From a virus, in the IMG/VR virus record IMGVR_UViG_3300045996_003052, positions 1-64,000 of that record: a stretch of DNA of 64,000 bases; one strand, 5' to 3'. A program made the translations under genes and the position numbers. Position 1 is the stretch's first letter. Each line of letters begins with the position of its first letter. Positions 27,242 to 38,086 of this stretch are shown piece by piece. The notes under the pieces are model-generated. The model saw only the letters and a list, made by a program, of their open reading frames with translations. It searched no databases and was not told where the DNA came from.

Positions 27242-28130
27242 CCTACACTATACTGACGTGTGTCGGTGCAATCACTATCGTGCAGTACATCTCAACGGAC
27301 GATGCATAGGATGGACATCACCATATGTCAGTGGATGTACCTGTATTGAATTCCAAATTGTCAATCCCACGCCCGCCCTCCGGGAGCAGATCGAACAAGA
27401 GATTGAGGATACTGAAAGCTTGCCCGAACTCGGGGCGACATCACAACAGCAGTATTTCGAACAGTGCGGGCGTATGGCTGGCCTTCGATGGGTGCTAGAT
27501 CTACTGGCGTCCTCCGGCCCCGTCGTCGCCGCGCCGCCAAAACAGGGAGAGGTGCTCCTACATCTCTCGCCAGAGAATGACCGCTGGAACAAGATGGCGC
27601 TCGGGATTCGTGACGCCGATGTGCCCGCCGCGGTCGTCGTGCCGTCCCGAGAGACGCCGCCGCAGGGGTTTGCAGCGTTACGTGGGGCGATTCCGGCTGA
27701 GGAATCAGACGAGGATTTTAATGCCGCCTGTGCGTCGCTGCGGGACACCACGTCTCCCGCGTCCTCCCTGTCACGAGCGGCGCTGGAACGCCCGAAGATT
27801 ATTTGCCTCTGCGGTTCGACAAAATTCATCGACCATTTCGCGATCCAGACATGGGAACTGGAACTAACAGGCGCGATTGTGCTTGGCTGCACGTTGCTGC
27901 CGTCATGGTATTGCCCGGTGCGCGATCACTTTGCAGAACTGCAAGGCGTGAAGGGGCAGCGAGACGAGCATCACCTGCGCAAGATCGATCTTGCCGACGA
28001 AGTGCTCGTGCTGAACATTGGCGGCTACATCGGTGAATCGACGCGGAATGAAATCGCCTACGCCACGAAAACCGGCAAGCCCGTGCGCTATTTGGAACCA
28101 CTGGCGGCTCCAGAGAGACGAGACGAGTAG
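27129..28130 (+). CDS. Mosaic protein with C-terminal nucleoside 2-deoxyribosyltransferase-like domain; true start probably ~27231
   Basis: KIICLCGSTKF...HLRKIDLADEVLVLNIGGYIGESTRNEIAYA. Confidence 0.6.
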   Translation: MTTSLVPGATQIVQKLGLAASATSARSSGMRSELVSGNLHYTDVCRCNHYRAVHLNGRCIGWTSPYVSGCTCIEFQIVNPTPALREQIEQEIEDTESLPELGATSQQQYFEQCGRMAGLRWVLDLLASSGPVVAAPPKQGEVLLHLSPENDRWNKMALGIRDADVPAAVVVPSRETPPQGFAALRGAIPAEESDEDFNAACASLRDTTSPASSLSRAALERPKIICLCGSTKFIDHFAIQTWELELTGAIVLGCTLLPSWYCPVRDHFAELQGVKGQRDEHHLRKIDLADEVLVLNIGGYIGESTRNEIAYATKTGKPVRYLEPLAAPERRDE

Positions 28131-28440
28131 TGAAGTGAGTAACCTGAGTTATGGCGATCTCGTCACCATTATACGGGCGTTTGAACGACTCTACCCAACG
28201 CCTCCACGGTTCAGGATACGTCCAAGTGAGTACGTATCCGAAGACACTTGTTACCGGCTACAGATCCCGGCCGAGTTTGCTGAGTTTGATAAATGCGACG
28301 TTCTGTATGTGCTTCATCCCGATACATTGTTCGATTTACGTCAGCGCGGATTTACTGACGAAGAACTCAGTGTGGCGTTAGAGGAATTGTCAAAGCGGAC
28401 GTCAGAAGGGTCTAGCGCGCGGCTGCGCGGGTAAAGGACA

Positions 28441-28860
28441 TTGAGTCGAATCAAGATCACTAAAACGCCGATCTACCTTTACGTCGTCACCTGCGAATCT
28501 CCAAACCATTACTATGTGGGGATTTCGGCCGACGTGAAGCATCGGTTTCGTAAGCATCGCATGGGAAAGGGGTCGGCTTTCACCGCTAAGTGCGGGGCGA
28601 AATCGGTCGAGGTGGTAGGAACGTATCAGACACAAGAAGAAGCGGAAGCGGCTGAGAAGGCCTACACCTTGTCACTGCGAGAGAGGACAGGCGGTGTCGT
28701 CGCCGGCGGAGGGCGCTGTTGGGCAAAGTGGGGCATTGAGGAAGGCAGGGCGAGGGGTATGAGTCCGGTGGTGAAGACCGCATGGGTCTGTATCGACGGC
28801 CAGTGGAAAGCGATTGCAACGTGCGCGGACGGTTCTTACTTCACGCTGTGGCCAAAGTAG
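28441..28860 (+). CDS. GIY-YIG nuclease
   Basis: IYLYVV...YYVGISADVKHRFRKH..GKGS.FT...AE. Confidence 0.8.
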   Translation: MSRIKITKTPIYLYVVTCESPNHYYVGISADVKHRFRKHRMGKGSAFTAKCGAKSVEVVGTYQTQEEAEAAEKAYTLSLRERTGGVVAGGGRCWAKWGIEEGRARGMSPVVKTAWVCIDGQWKAIATCADGSYFTLWPK

Positions 28861-28904
28861 AGCAGTCTTCAGGCCCACAGGCCCAGAAGGAAGGTTAGTG
28901 AAAG

Positions 28905-29020
28905 ATCGCGGGAAGCTCCGGAGCTCCAAATGGTCCTTCAGCTCGGACCTAGACTAGAGCCAGGGCGTCCAACGAGCTGCGCCGTGTGAGGTGAGAAACA
29001 CTCACCGGGGCTTCCCCGAT
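28905..29020 (+). ncRNA. Candidate structured RNA: four-way junction with possible kissing loop
   Basis: Long closing stem, three internal hairpins; loop CAGCTC(G) is complementary to loop (C)GAGCTG. Confidence 0.45.
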
Positions 29021-29052
29021 GCAAGGAGCAGAGCAGGAGTCACGAATTATTT

Positions 29053-30751
29053 ATGCCTAACCAATTTACTTTTAATGTCGAATTTGAGTTCGATACGTCC
29101 GCAGCGTGTCTAAGTCTGCAAAATGTATTTAATGACGCGATGGACAAAGCGATGAAGCTAGAAGGGGTTACGTCTAAAGGAGCGACGACCGGAGCCACTG
29201 GATGGGACGATGGCACTCGGCCGAGTAACTATCGCGAAGGTCCAAAGTGGGAAGTTATTCCAGAGACGGGCGCGCGTGGAGCGCACCCATGAGCCTACTG
29301 TTAACCGACCACGAGCGTGAACGCTTCGCCGCCTACCTTGAAGCCGAGGCGGAATCGGCGGACGGGATTGCGGCGCAGATGGAAACCATCCGCACCCATG
29401 AAGCGATCATTAAACGGTTTCGCCTTGAAGCGATTGCTGCGAGGATTATCGCCGCAAAACTTCGCGCGACAGAATCATTTACCTGTGGCGCCCGAAAGGA
29501 CACCCTAACGCATGAGCCGCGAACCTGAACCTGAAATGGAAATTATCCTGCGGTTGTTGCCGTGGACGCATTGGGACGTCAAGCAGCAGTCGCGCGTCTG
29601 CCTGTTTTGCAATCGCGTCGATACCATCTGTGTCGCTGAACCGTGCCTCGGTCGCATGCGCGAGATCAAACGGAAAGGCCAGCCATGATCCCCGAGTCAC
29701 CCGCTATTGCGGAACGCCTGAAAGAACTCGCGCAGGAATATTGGGGTGAGGACGAGAACGGTGAATGTGCTCATAAGAAGCCGGAAGCCGAGCAACATAA
29801 ACTCGACACGCTTTGGGCTGAGAACCCGGTGGAATGCCTCACGCGATTAGCCGCCTATGCCTATCAACTCGGACTCGCTGCCGCCGAGGCCCGCCTCGTG
29901 ACCCTCGAACGGGAACGGGAAGAGTTGAAAGATGGACCGCCAAATCCTGTCGAATTATTGCGCGGCGATTCTAGTCTGCGGCAGCTAAATTGGGATAGCT
30001 ATGGCGCGCCGTCGGTCACCAATGAAGCATTAGACGCCGCTGCGCGGTTGATAAGTCGATTGGCAGCCGTTCCCACAGTGCTCGGCGGCGTGCAATTAGA
30101 AGTTCACAGCGATGGCTGGGATATAGAGATCGAAATCGGCCCGAACGGGTTACCAGAAAGCGCCTACGTTAAGGGGCCGAAAGAAGAAGAAGAATCACAA
30201 CTCACCGAGGCCCAGGACACGATCGCCCGACTCCAGCAGGAACTTGAAGAATGGCGGGAGGCGCTAGCGCGACAGAAATCCAATGGGGAGTGGGAAACTC
30301 CAACGGAAGTGGCGAACAGTTTAGCGGCATCGCATAAGACAATAGGCCGGACACTTAGAACTGCCGAAGCCACCCTCCGTGTGGCCGAGGCACGGCTGCG
30401 CGAGTACGGGCAACATAAAAGAGGCTGTGCCGTGTGGATTTGCGGTAACTGCGGCGCTCGCGGCATTTATTTTGGCGGCAAACTATGCTGTACAAGTTGT
30501 GAGAAATTCAGCGAACAGTCCTGCACCTGCGGATTCGTCATCGAGGGGCGCACGACGGAGCCGCGAGGATGACTTTGCAAATGCATTTGCTCTTGTTGCT
30601 GGCCGAAGCCCTGATCGATCACCTCGAAGGCAACGACGGCTTCTCGCACGGCGCTTACGGGATCGGCACCCCGGCGTATCATACCCGGCACGAACGCGTC
30701 ACAGAATTGCGGTGGATGGTCGAAGAACTTAAAAAACTAGGGTCGGCGTAA
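29053..30751 (+). other. Cluster of hypothetical genes (29053, ~29289, ~29686, 30569)
   Basis: Coupled plus-strand ORFs, including a mosaic coiled-coil/Zn-finger protein. Confidence 0.55.
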
Positions 30752-30758
30752 AAAGGTG

Positions 30759-30787
30759 TGTACAGCGAGAACTTCGCAAATTATAAT
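30759..30787 (+). promoter_or_regulatory. Promoter producing a probable leaderless mRNA
   Basis: TGTACA-N17-TATAAT; ATG 6 nt later at 30794. Confidence 0.65.
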
Positions 30788-30793
30788 AGGGGT

Positions 30794-31153
30794 ATGGAAA
30801 TACTAACCCCCGTTGACGAGGTAAGCGAGAGCCTCGCGTTGCTGGCCCCTAAGTTAGATGGGGAATCCGCGCAGCCACAGGAGCTTGACGATGAGCCACA
30901 ACAAATCGCGCGTTTGCTAGAGCGACAGAACGTCACGTATGACCCAGTCTGGGAAGCCACGGAACGCTGTTACCCGCAATGGTTGCCAGTGCGCTGTAAC
31001 TCCCTTCGCCGGGCCATTCTTCTAGCGAGCTCCGCGACGCAACACCGCACCCGGGCATTTACGGTGCAACGGAGGGGGCGACTGGTATGTCTACGACTAA
31101 TTCCGAAGGAAATCTCATCCAGCGAGGGGCACGAGCTTGTGCATACTGCTTGA
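30794..31153 (+). CDS. Hypothetical protein
   Basis: Start re-assigned to the ATG downstream of the promoter. Confidence 0.55.
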   Translation: MEILTPVDEVSESLALLAPKLDGESAQPQELDDEPQQIARLLERQNVTYDPVWEATERCYPQWLPVRCNSLRRAILLASSATQHRTRAFTVQRRGRLVCLRLIPKEISSSEGHELVHTA

Positions 31154-31261
31154 CACTAATCAAGCAGTATTATTGCCATCACCACGACGCTATTTGGGTT
31201 ACGCGTAAGAACGGCGACTTCTTTATGCGGTGTATGGATTGTCTGTACGAAAGCCCCGACG

Positions 31262-32761
31262 TTGTTATCAGTCGATCCCGCCAAGTTTAAGACTCCGGCG
31301 TACCAGCACCAAATAGAGGGCGTTGAGTTCTTAGTCAACCGCCCCTACGCGGCGTTATTTGACCAGCCAGGCGTCGGCAAATCAAAGCAGGTCGTTGACG
31401 CCGCTTGTCTCTTGTTCATAGAACAAGAGATAAGCGGCGTCGTCGTGGTTTGTCCCGCTGGAGCAAAGCGGGTATGGACCAACCTCCGCATCGGCGAGGT
31501 CGCGAAGCACGTCTGGGTTGATTCCGTGATGAACGAGTGGGACTCAAGTTCTGATGAAATCAGAACTAAAGTCGGTAAGCTTACCTGGACCGTGGTCAGT
31601 TACGAGTGCCTGCGGGTAGCTAACAACGTTACGCGCCTGATGAAGGCCCTTAAGGGTCGACAGGTTCTAATCGTCGCGGACGAAAGCATCAAGATTAAGG
31701 GCCATAAATCGCAACAGACGGTCGGAGCGCTTAGGCTCCGACAGGCTTGTAACCGTGCCTATATCTTGAACGGGACGCCAACGGGTGGAAATCCGTTAGA
31801 TTTGTACTGCCAGATGGAGTTCCTCTCGCCCCAGATCCTTCGGTGCGACAGCTTCTACCAATTCCGTAACAGACACGCTATCATCCAGCAGGCTAGGACA
31901 AAGGCTGGAAAAAAGTACCCAACGATCATCGGGTATACTCGCCTCGAGGTCCTTAAGAACCAAATCAAGCCCTACGCCATCAGGCGGTTGAGGAAGAACT
32001 GTCTCGATTTGCCGCAGAAAATCTACTACATCCGTGAAGTACCGTTTACTGAGTCCAGTTGGGCTCAGTATAAGGAAATGCGCGACCGGATGATCGTGGA
32101 GCTAAGCGGCCCCGACGTCGTCGTGGCGCGGCAAGCCATCGTCAAGAACATCCGGCTGCGCCAGCTTACGTCAGGCTTTATTGGTGGCCTGGAATCAACT
32201 GGTGGCGAAGCGGTTACAAGTTCGGAAAAGATGGACTTTGTGCTCGATCAGATCGATGACCTGATTGAGCAGGAGATTAACCCCGCTATCATTATTTGGG
32301 TTTACTTCACGTTTGAGTCGGAGCAGTATTACGCGCGTCTGAAGGATAAATACCCAACCGTGAGAATTCGCGGTGGCATTAAGCAGGAGGAGCGGAACTT
32401 TGCCGAGGAGGCCTTCAACGCCGATAGCGGGGATATGACTAGTGGGAGGCCAGTCATATTGCTTGGGCAGCCGCAGGCGGGTGGCCTAGGGCTGACCCTA
32501 ACCCGCAGCCACCACGTCTTTTACAGTTCCCAAGACTATAACCTGGTCACTCGCATTCAGTCAGAAGACCGCGTTGATCGCCCAGGACAACTTGCTAGTC
32601 CGAATATCTACGACGTGCTCGTTACAGGGCCGCAGGGCCAACGGACCATCGACCACGTTATCTATAAGGCCTTAAAGACGAAAGACGACATGGCGACGTG
32701 GACGGCAGCTGATTGGGTGCGGGCCATTGGCGACGAGTCGCCGGAGGAGTTTTTGTTTTGA
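31262..32761 (+). CDS. SNF2-like superfamily 2 helicase
   Basis: PGVGKS Walker A, VADES, LNGTP, GLGLTL, QSEDRVDRPGQ. Confidence 0.9.
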   Translation: MLSVDPAKFKTPAYQHQIEGVEFLVNRPYAALFDQPGVGKSKQVVDAACLLFIEQEISGVVVVCPAGAKRVWTNLRIGEVAKHVWVDSVMNEWDSSSDEIRTKVGKLTWTVVSYECLRVANNVTRLMKALKGRQVLIVADESIKIKGHKSQQTVGALRLRQACNRAYILNGTPTGGNPLDLYCQMEFLSPQILRCDSFYQFRNRHAIIQQARTKAGKKYPTIIGYTRLEVLKNQIKPYAIRRLRKNCLDLPQKIYYIREVPFTESSWAQYKEMRDRMIVELSGPDVVVARQAIVKNIRLRQLTSGFIGGLESTGGEAVTSSEKMDFVLDQIDDLIEQEINPAIIIWVYFTFESEQYYARLKDKYPTVRIRGGIKQEERNFAEEAFNADSGDMTSGRPVILLGQPQAGGLGLTLTRSHHVFYSSQDYNLVTRIQSEDRVDRPGQLASPNIYDVLVTGPQGQRTIDHVIYKALKTKDDMATWTAADWVRAIGDESPEEFLF

Positions 32762-32771
32762 GGGCACTAAC

Positions 32772-32847
32772 TAACCTGAACGAGGTAAATAATTACCTCG
32801 TTCAGGTTAAAAAGTGGTGTACAACTTGTGGTTTCGGGGACTATAAT
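32772..32847 (+). terminator. 17-bp perfect hairpin followed directly by a promoter
   Basis: TAACCTGAACGAGGTAA-ATAA-TTACCTCGTTCAGGTTA, then TGTACA-N18-TATAAT. Confidence 0.6.
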
Positions 32848-32854
32848 AATACCA

Positions 32855-33079
32855 ATGGAAACGCTTGACTTTAGCGGTGAAACGATTCGCGTTACCAATA
32901 AATCGGGCTTTAGGTACGACAAGTTGCCAATGCTGTCGTATGCCCCGGTAGTCTACGACCGCCTCGCCGACGCTTATAATCGGCGAGATTGGCGCGAGAT
33001 GAACCGCCTCGGGGCGCGGTGGTGGGACCCCTACGGCGAGCGCTGGCACAAATTTGGACCAAATTTTTGGGATGCCTAA
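32855..33079 (+). CDS. Small hypothetical protein (leaderless)
   Basis: ATG 7 nt after the -10 element. Confidence 0.5.
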   Translation: METLDFSGETIRVTNKSGFRYDKLPMLSYAPVVYDRLADAYNRRDWREMNRLGARWWDPYGERWHKFGPNFWDA

Positions 33080-33147
33080 GTCATTGAATATCAAGGACTT
33101 AGGCCCGTTAAAAAAGAGTGTACTGATAGAAATTCGGGGAATATAAT
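33075..33147 (+). promoter_or_regulatory. Dyad of IHF-like sites plus promoter for replication genes
   Basis: CCTAAGTCATTGAATATCAAGGACTTAGG contains TATCAAGGACTTA; then TGTACT-N17-TATAAT. Confidence 0.6.
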
Positions 33148-33176
33148 GGTTAATTTGCCATTTAGAAGGGAGAGCC

Positions 33177-33662
33177 GTGCCTGGACAGTTCACACCGTTT
33201 AGGGGGAAGCTGGAGAAGGTTCAAGAAGACCCAGAACGTCAAGAGAAGCTAAATGCCATCAAGGCGGACCTTGATAGCAAGAAGATGGGCGAGGTGGCGG
33301 AAGAGTACCGCGCGTACTACGACCGCAAGGAGAAGCTGAAGGAGGAGGAGTCTGAAGTCCAACTTCAGCTAGACGCGCGGATCCAGCTGCTCGTCGCTAA
33401 CCTAGAAGCGGCTGGGCTGGAGCAAGTTCGAACTAACGACGGCGGCACCACCCTCTTCATTAAGGACGACGTCTACTGCTCCCAGGAAAACCGCGAGGTG
33501 TTCCTCAATTGGATCAGGGAGACCAACAAGGAGGAAATGTTGACGGTGCACTACTCGACGATGAGCGCGATGGCGAAGGACGCGCTCCAGAAAGGCAGGC
33601 CGCTGCCTCCTGGCCTCAAGGCGTACTTTAAGCAGACAATCGGCATCCGGCGGAATAAGTAA
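33177..33662 (+). CDS. Conserved phage replication-module coiled-coil protein
   Basis: Coiled-coil N-terminus, then F..W...VH..T...LPPG; usual position upstream of an SSB-like gene. Confidence 0.7.
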   Translation: MPGQFTPFRGKLEKVQEDPERQEKLNAIKADLDSKKMGEVAEEYRAYYDRKEKLKEEESEVQLQLDARIQLLVANLEAAGLEQVRTNDGGTTLFIKDDVYCSQENREVFLNWIRETNKEEMLTVHYSTMSAMAKDALQKGRPLPPGLKAYFKQTIGIRRNK

Positions 33663-33672
33663 AGGAGACGGC

Positions 33673-34467
33673 ATGGCGAAGACCGACCTAGAAAAACCTG
33701 GCACCACGGCAATCGACATTCAAAAATCACGGCCCGAGTTTCTAAAGGAGCGCGAGGGGAAAGAGATTCGGGGACTCGAGGAGGTTGGCTCCGACGAGAT
33801 GGTGCTGCCGCGGCTGACCCTGACGCAGGGAACGACGCCGCAGCGGCAAGAGGCGAACGCAAGCTTCATCCCCAACCTCAAGGAAGGCGACTTCTTCAAC
33901 TCCCTCACGAAACAAATCTATGGGCGGCGCGTTGTGGTGATGCCGCTACTCTTCAGAAAGTCGCGCATCTACTTTAAAGACATCAACGAGGGCGGTGGCT
34001 TGATCTGCCGCGCACCCCACGGCAATGACTGCCAGCTAAATGCGGGCGGCCTGTGCCTCCACTCCCGCTGGCAGGCTGATGGCACGCCGCCGGCGTGCAC
34101 GGAGTTCTACAACTACGCGTGCCTGCTGTATCCTAGCAACGAGCCCATCGTAGTGAGCTTGAAGGTGACCGGCATTCGTGCCGGTAAGGAGTGGAACAGC
34201 AAGATGCGGATGCGTGGTGCCGACCCGTTCGCTGGACTTTATGAGATTAAGTCCATCCAAGTGCCCAACAAAACCCGCCAGCTGTATTGGACGTATCAAA
34301 TCGACAACGCGGTCGAGGACGGTGGTTGGGTGAGCAACGACCAGTTCCAATACAACGAGAAGCAGTACATGCTTTGGTCAGAGAACCTTGATACTGGCAA
34401 GGCGAAGGTCGACGAGTCAACGCTTTCAGAAGAACAATTTGCGATGCGTGACGCTGCTGAAATGTAA
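33673..34467 (+). CDS. Putative single-stranded DNA-binding protein
   Basis: LPRLTLTQ..TPQ...EGDFFNS motif, acidic tail, position before the primase. Confidence 0.55.
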   Translation: MAKTDLEKPGTTAIDIQKSRPEFLKEREGKEIRGLEEVGSDEMVLPRLTLTQGTTPQRQEANASFIPNLKEGDFFNSLTKQIYGRRVVVMPLLFRKSRIYFKDINEGGGLICRAPHGNDCQLNAGGLCLHSRWQADGTPPACTEFYNYACLLYPSNEPIVVSLKVTGIRAGKEWNSKMRMRGADPFAGLYEIKSIQVPNKTRQLYWTYQIDNAVEDGGWVSNDQFQYNEKQYMLWSENLDTGKAKVDESTLSEEQFAMRDAAEM

Positions 34468-34496
34468 GGCAAATACATTTGTAAAATGTTAATGTA

Positions 34497-35996
34497 ATGC
34501 GTGAAGACCTACTTGAAAAGTTCAAGGAACTTTTTAAGGGGGAAAATCGCGCCTACGGGCAGTGGCACCCAACGGACGGTCCCAGTACAAAACATGGGGC
34601 CGTCCCTACTTCAGCATATGAAGCGCACCTAACAGGCAGGGTAGGCTTAGGTATTGTTCCGGTCAATGAAAGCGGGCTATGTCGTTTCGGAGCAATTGAC
34701 ATTGACGTCGACACCATTGACCACAGCGAGTTGTACCGAAAGATTGAGGGGCGAAAGATGCCCCTTAACGTGTGCCGCAGTAAATCTGGGGCGGCGCACG
34801 TTTACCTATTTACGAAAGAACCTGGGTTGCCGGCGGCGGCAATCCAGCAGGTGTTGCAGAAGTGGGCGGGGGTGCTCGGTTACCCGACGGCGGAGATTTT
34901 TCCTAAACAGACACGCCTAGGCGCAAAAAACATCGGGAGCTGGATTAACCTGCCGTATTTCGGCGGGGACGATACGACCCGATACGCCGTAGGTCCCACT
35001 GGGGCGAGAAGTCTTGAAGACTTCTTGGATACCGTAGTCTATTACGATGCCGTTAACGGCGTCGTAATAGACGAAGCATCAACAACCCTGAAAGGCATGC
35101 CACCGTGTCTCACCGCATTGTGTGAACAGGGAATTGGGCAGGGGTTTAGGAACCAGGCGCTGTTCAACTTCGCAATCTTCTATAGGAAATCGGACCCAGG
35201 TAACTGGGCGGAGGCAACCCAGAAATTGAATAAGGAGTACTTTAGCCCGCCACTCGACTACCGCGAGGTGTCAGGTATCGTGGACTCTATCGGCAGGACG
35301 AAGTACCAATACCTTTGCGAGCAGTCACCCATTAGGGAACATTGCAACCGCGCAGTTTGCGAGACGCTGGTCTTTGGCGTGGGCAACAAGCCGTGGCATG
35401 AGGACGGGAGCTTCGACGACTTCGTCACGAGCAATTGTCGCAAGTTCTTATCAGACCCACCGCGCTACCTGGTCGAGGTTAACGGCCAAGACGTGACGCT
35501 AGAGTGGGATGACCTGTTTAATTTCCGGAACTTCAAAAGTAGCGTCGGTCAGAAGCTGAATATCATCATCCCAAACCTTAAGCAGCCTCAGTGGGAGCAG
35601 CAACTTCGCGAGCTGCTGTCGAAGAAGGTCGACATCGAGGCGCCTGAGGACGCCAGCACGATGGGCATCGTGCTTGAGAAGTTCGGCGAGTTCCTGACCC
35701 TCCGCGAACGTGCGTCGGAAAAGGAAGACCTACTTAAGGGGTTACCGATCCAAGTGGGCGAGGAGGTCATGTTCCGCGCCTCAGACTTTAAGCGGTACCT
35801 CCAGACCTATAAGCTGGACAAGGAAAACCTCCAAGACGTCTTCCTCGTACTGCGCCGCCAGGGCTGCCGCCACCACACGATGCGCGTCAAGGGCAAGGTT
35901 ACCCGGGTTTGGGCGTACCCGCTCAACCAGACAAACGAGCAGACTGAGGTCTTCTCGGCCGTCGACTTTAAGAACGATTTCGGCGAGGAGATGTGA
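34497..35996 (+). CDS. AEP-type primase with PriCT-like domain
   Basis: FGAIDID, RSKSGAAHVYLF, EIFPKQ, INLPY, GFRNQALF. Confidence 0.85.
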   Translation: MREDLLEKFKELFKGENRAYGQWHPTDGPSTKHGAVPTSAYEAHLTGRVGLGIVPVNESGLCRFGAIDIDVDTIDHSELYRKIEGRKMPLNVCRSKSGAAHVYLFTKEPGLPAAAIQQVLQKWAGVLGYPTAEIFPKQTRLGAKNIGSWINLPYFGGDDTTRYAVGPTGARSLEDFLDTVVYYDAVNGVVIDEASTTLKGMPPCLTALCEQGIGQGFRNQALFNFAIFYRKSDPGNWAEATQKLNKEYFSPPLDYREVSGIVDSIGRTKYQYLCEQSPIREHCNRAVCETLVFGVGNKPWHEDGSFDDFVTSNCRKFLSDPPRYLVEVNGQDVTLEWDDLFNFRNFKSSVGQKLNIIIPNLKQPQWEQQLRELLSKKVDIEAPEDASTMGIVLEKFGEFLTLRERASEKEDLLKGLPIQVGEEVMFRASDFKRYLQTYKLDKENLQDVFLVLRRQGCRHHTMRVKGKVTRVWAYPLNQTNEQTEVFSAVDFKNDFGEEM

Positions 35997-36149
35997 TGGT
36001 CTTTATGCCACAGCAGCCGTTTTTCTTAATTTGCCCACATTGCACAAATAACGACCCTACGATGTTTTCGTTACTAGGTTACCTAATGAGTAGCAAGGGA
36101 CGGATGTACCTCTGCGAGGTTTGTTCGCGCGCATTTAAGGTGCTGGACG

Positions 36150-36593
36150 ATGATACAGCTAACAGATAGGCAAATAGAACGTTTTTGGTCCCGTGTTAAT
36201 AAAACAGAAAGTTGTTGGCTTTGGACCCATACATTATTAGAAAATAGATACGGAATGTTTGGTGGCAAACCAGCACACCGAGTAGCATGGATGATTACCA
36301 ATGGAGAAATTATTAACGGTCTGCACGTGCTTCACAAGTGCGATGTAGGAATATGTGTTAGACCAGATCACTTGTTTTTAGGTACGCATACAGATAATAT
36401 GCAAGACATGATCAAGAAAGATCGTGCCCACTATTTAAGTGGTGAAAGTAATCGTGCAAGTAAATTAACAAGGTTACAAGTAGACGAAATAAGAAGAATT
36501 CGTAATCATACTACTTTAGACCAGTTATCGCGCCAATTTAATGTTTCAGTATCTACCGTAATGAATGTTATTCATTTCAGAACATGGCGATAG
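36150..36593 (+). CDS. Free-standing HNH homing endonuclease
   Basis: CWLW...AHRVAW...VLHKCD...CVRPDHLFLGT..DNMQD; AT-rich; inserted between primase and helicase. Confidence 0.9.
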   Translation: MIQLTDRQIERFWSRVNKTESCWLWTHTLLENRYGMFGGKPAHRVAWMITNGEIINGLHVLHKCDVGICVRPDHLFLGTHTDNMQDMIKKDRAHYLSGESNRASKLTRLQVDEIRRIRNHTTLDQLSRQFNVSVSTVMNVIHFRTWR

Positions 36594-38086
36594 AAACCTT
36601 GAAAGTGTTTGGGGCACCTGGTTGCGGGAAAACCTTTAAGCTCCTAGAACTGTTTGAGAAAGAATTAAAAGAAACTGCACCTGATCGCATTGCCTTTGTA
36701 ACATTTACAAGGGCAGCCAGGGCCGAAGTACTTAGTCGTACAAGTTTAGTAGAAGATGAGTTGCCTTATATTCGTACGCTTCATTCATTATGTTACCGAC
36801 TACTCAAAGTCCATCATGAAGACTTGGTTTCGCCAAAAGACTTAAAGGAATTCGGTAAAAAGATTGGGGTAGTGTTAACTGGGTACATGCCTGAATTAAC
36901 TAGCTTAGACATCATTGATGGTGGCGCTTTCAAACAGCCTACAAAAGCAGACCGATTATTACAGCTAAATCATTTAGGTCGGCACCGTGGTTTGAAATTA
37001 AGGGAAACATTGCGGGATGCGCCTGTTGAACTTGATTTTGCGTTTGCTAAATGGTTTACTGAGGCGTATCGTGATTGGAAGACGCAGAAAGGATTATTGG
37101 ACTATACCGATTTGCTAACTGAATACTTAAACCGCGGTCCAGAACTTGATGCTGATATTTTATTTGTAGATGAGAGCCAAGATTTAAGCTGGCTACAATG
37201 GGCCGTAGTAAGAAAGCTAGGACGCAATGTTAAGCGTCGGTACCTTTCGGGGGATGATGATCAGACAATTTTTTCGTGGTGCGGTGCCTCGGCTGAACTT
37301 TTTCTAACGGAGCCATGCGATGACTACTTGGTCCTTCCCCAGTCTTACCGCATTCCTGAGACGGTGCACCGGCTTTCTCAAAGCATTATCAGGAGAGTCA
37401 GGGTCCGACAACCTAAGGAATTTAGGTCCCGCGACGTCCCCGGCTTCGTCAAGCCCACCGGAAATCTTTCTCCAAAGCTCCTGAACCAAGGTGGGACGAG
37501 TCTGGTACTGTTCCGAAACCATCATCGCGGCGCCGAATTATCTAAGGTACTCCAGGATGACGGGGTTCCCTTTCTCGGCAACTATTCACCCCTTAGTAAG
37601 CGAGATGTTGTTCTCGCCCTCGAAGGATGGTGGCGGATTTCCAAAGATAACCCAGTTACCACCGAACAAGCACGAGCCATGGTCTCGTTTGCCAGCGACC
37701 GCTACCTGCAGCCTGGTGCGCGGACGCGCACCAGTGGACACGGTGGAGAATTTGCCGCGTCTGCTTTCTTTACTGTTGACGCCTTAGCTCTTCCCTGGTA
37801 CCAGCTAATGCCGCGGATTCCACAGCTCGGATACCTAGAACGCGCAGTCCAACGGTATGGTTGGAAGGATACCTTGGCACCTCGAACCCAGTTAATGTCG
37901 ATTCACCAGAGCAAGGGCCGGGAGGCCGACACGGTTATTCTAGACCTAGAGTTCGCGCGCCGGACCTACGACGCGTACCTCAACAACCCGGACGACGAAC
38001 ACCGCGTCTTGTATGTGGCGGTTACACGTACAAGAGAGCGTTTGTATACTTTATTACCAAGCGGACCGATGCATTATCAGCTATGA
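36584..38086 (+). CDS. UvrD/Rep-like superfamily 1 helicase
   Basis: GAPGCGKT, VDESQD, GDDDQTIF, QSYR, SIHQSKGRE, YVAVTR. Confidence 0.9.
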   Translation: MAIETLKVFGAPGCGKTFKLLELFEKELKETAPDRIAFVTFTRAARAEVLSRTSLVEDELPYIRTLHSLCYRLLKVHHEDLVSPKDLKEFGKKIGVVLTGYMPELTSLDIIDGGAFKQPTKADRLLQLNHLGRHRGLKLRETLRDAPVELDFAFAKWFTEAYRDWKTQKGLLDYTDLLTEYLNRGPELDADILFVDESQDLSWLQWAVVRKLGRNVKRRYLSGDDDQTIFSWCGASAELFLTEPCDDYLVLPQSYRIPETVHRLSQSIIRRVRVRQPKEFRSRDVPGFVKPTGNLSPKLLNQGGTSLVLFRNHHRGAELSKVLQDDGVPFLGNYSPLSKRDVVLALEGWWRISKDNPVTTEQARAMVSFASDRYLQPGARTRTSGHGGEFAASAFFTVDALALPWYQLMPRIPQLGYLERAVQRYGWKDTLAPRTQLMSIHQSKGREADTVILDLEFARRTYDAYLNNPDDEHRVLYVAVTRTRERLYTLLPSGPMHYQL

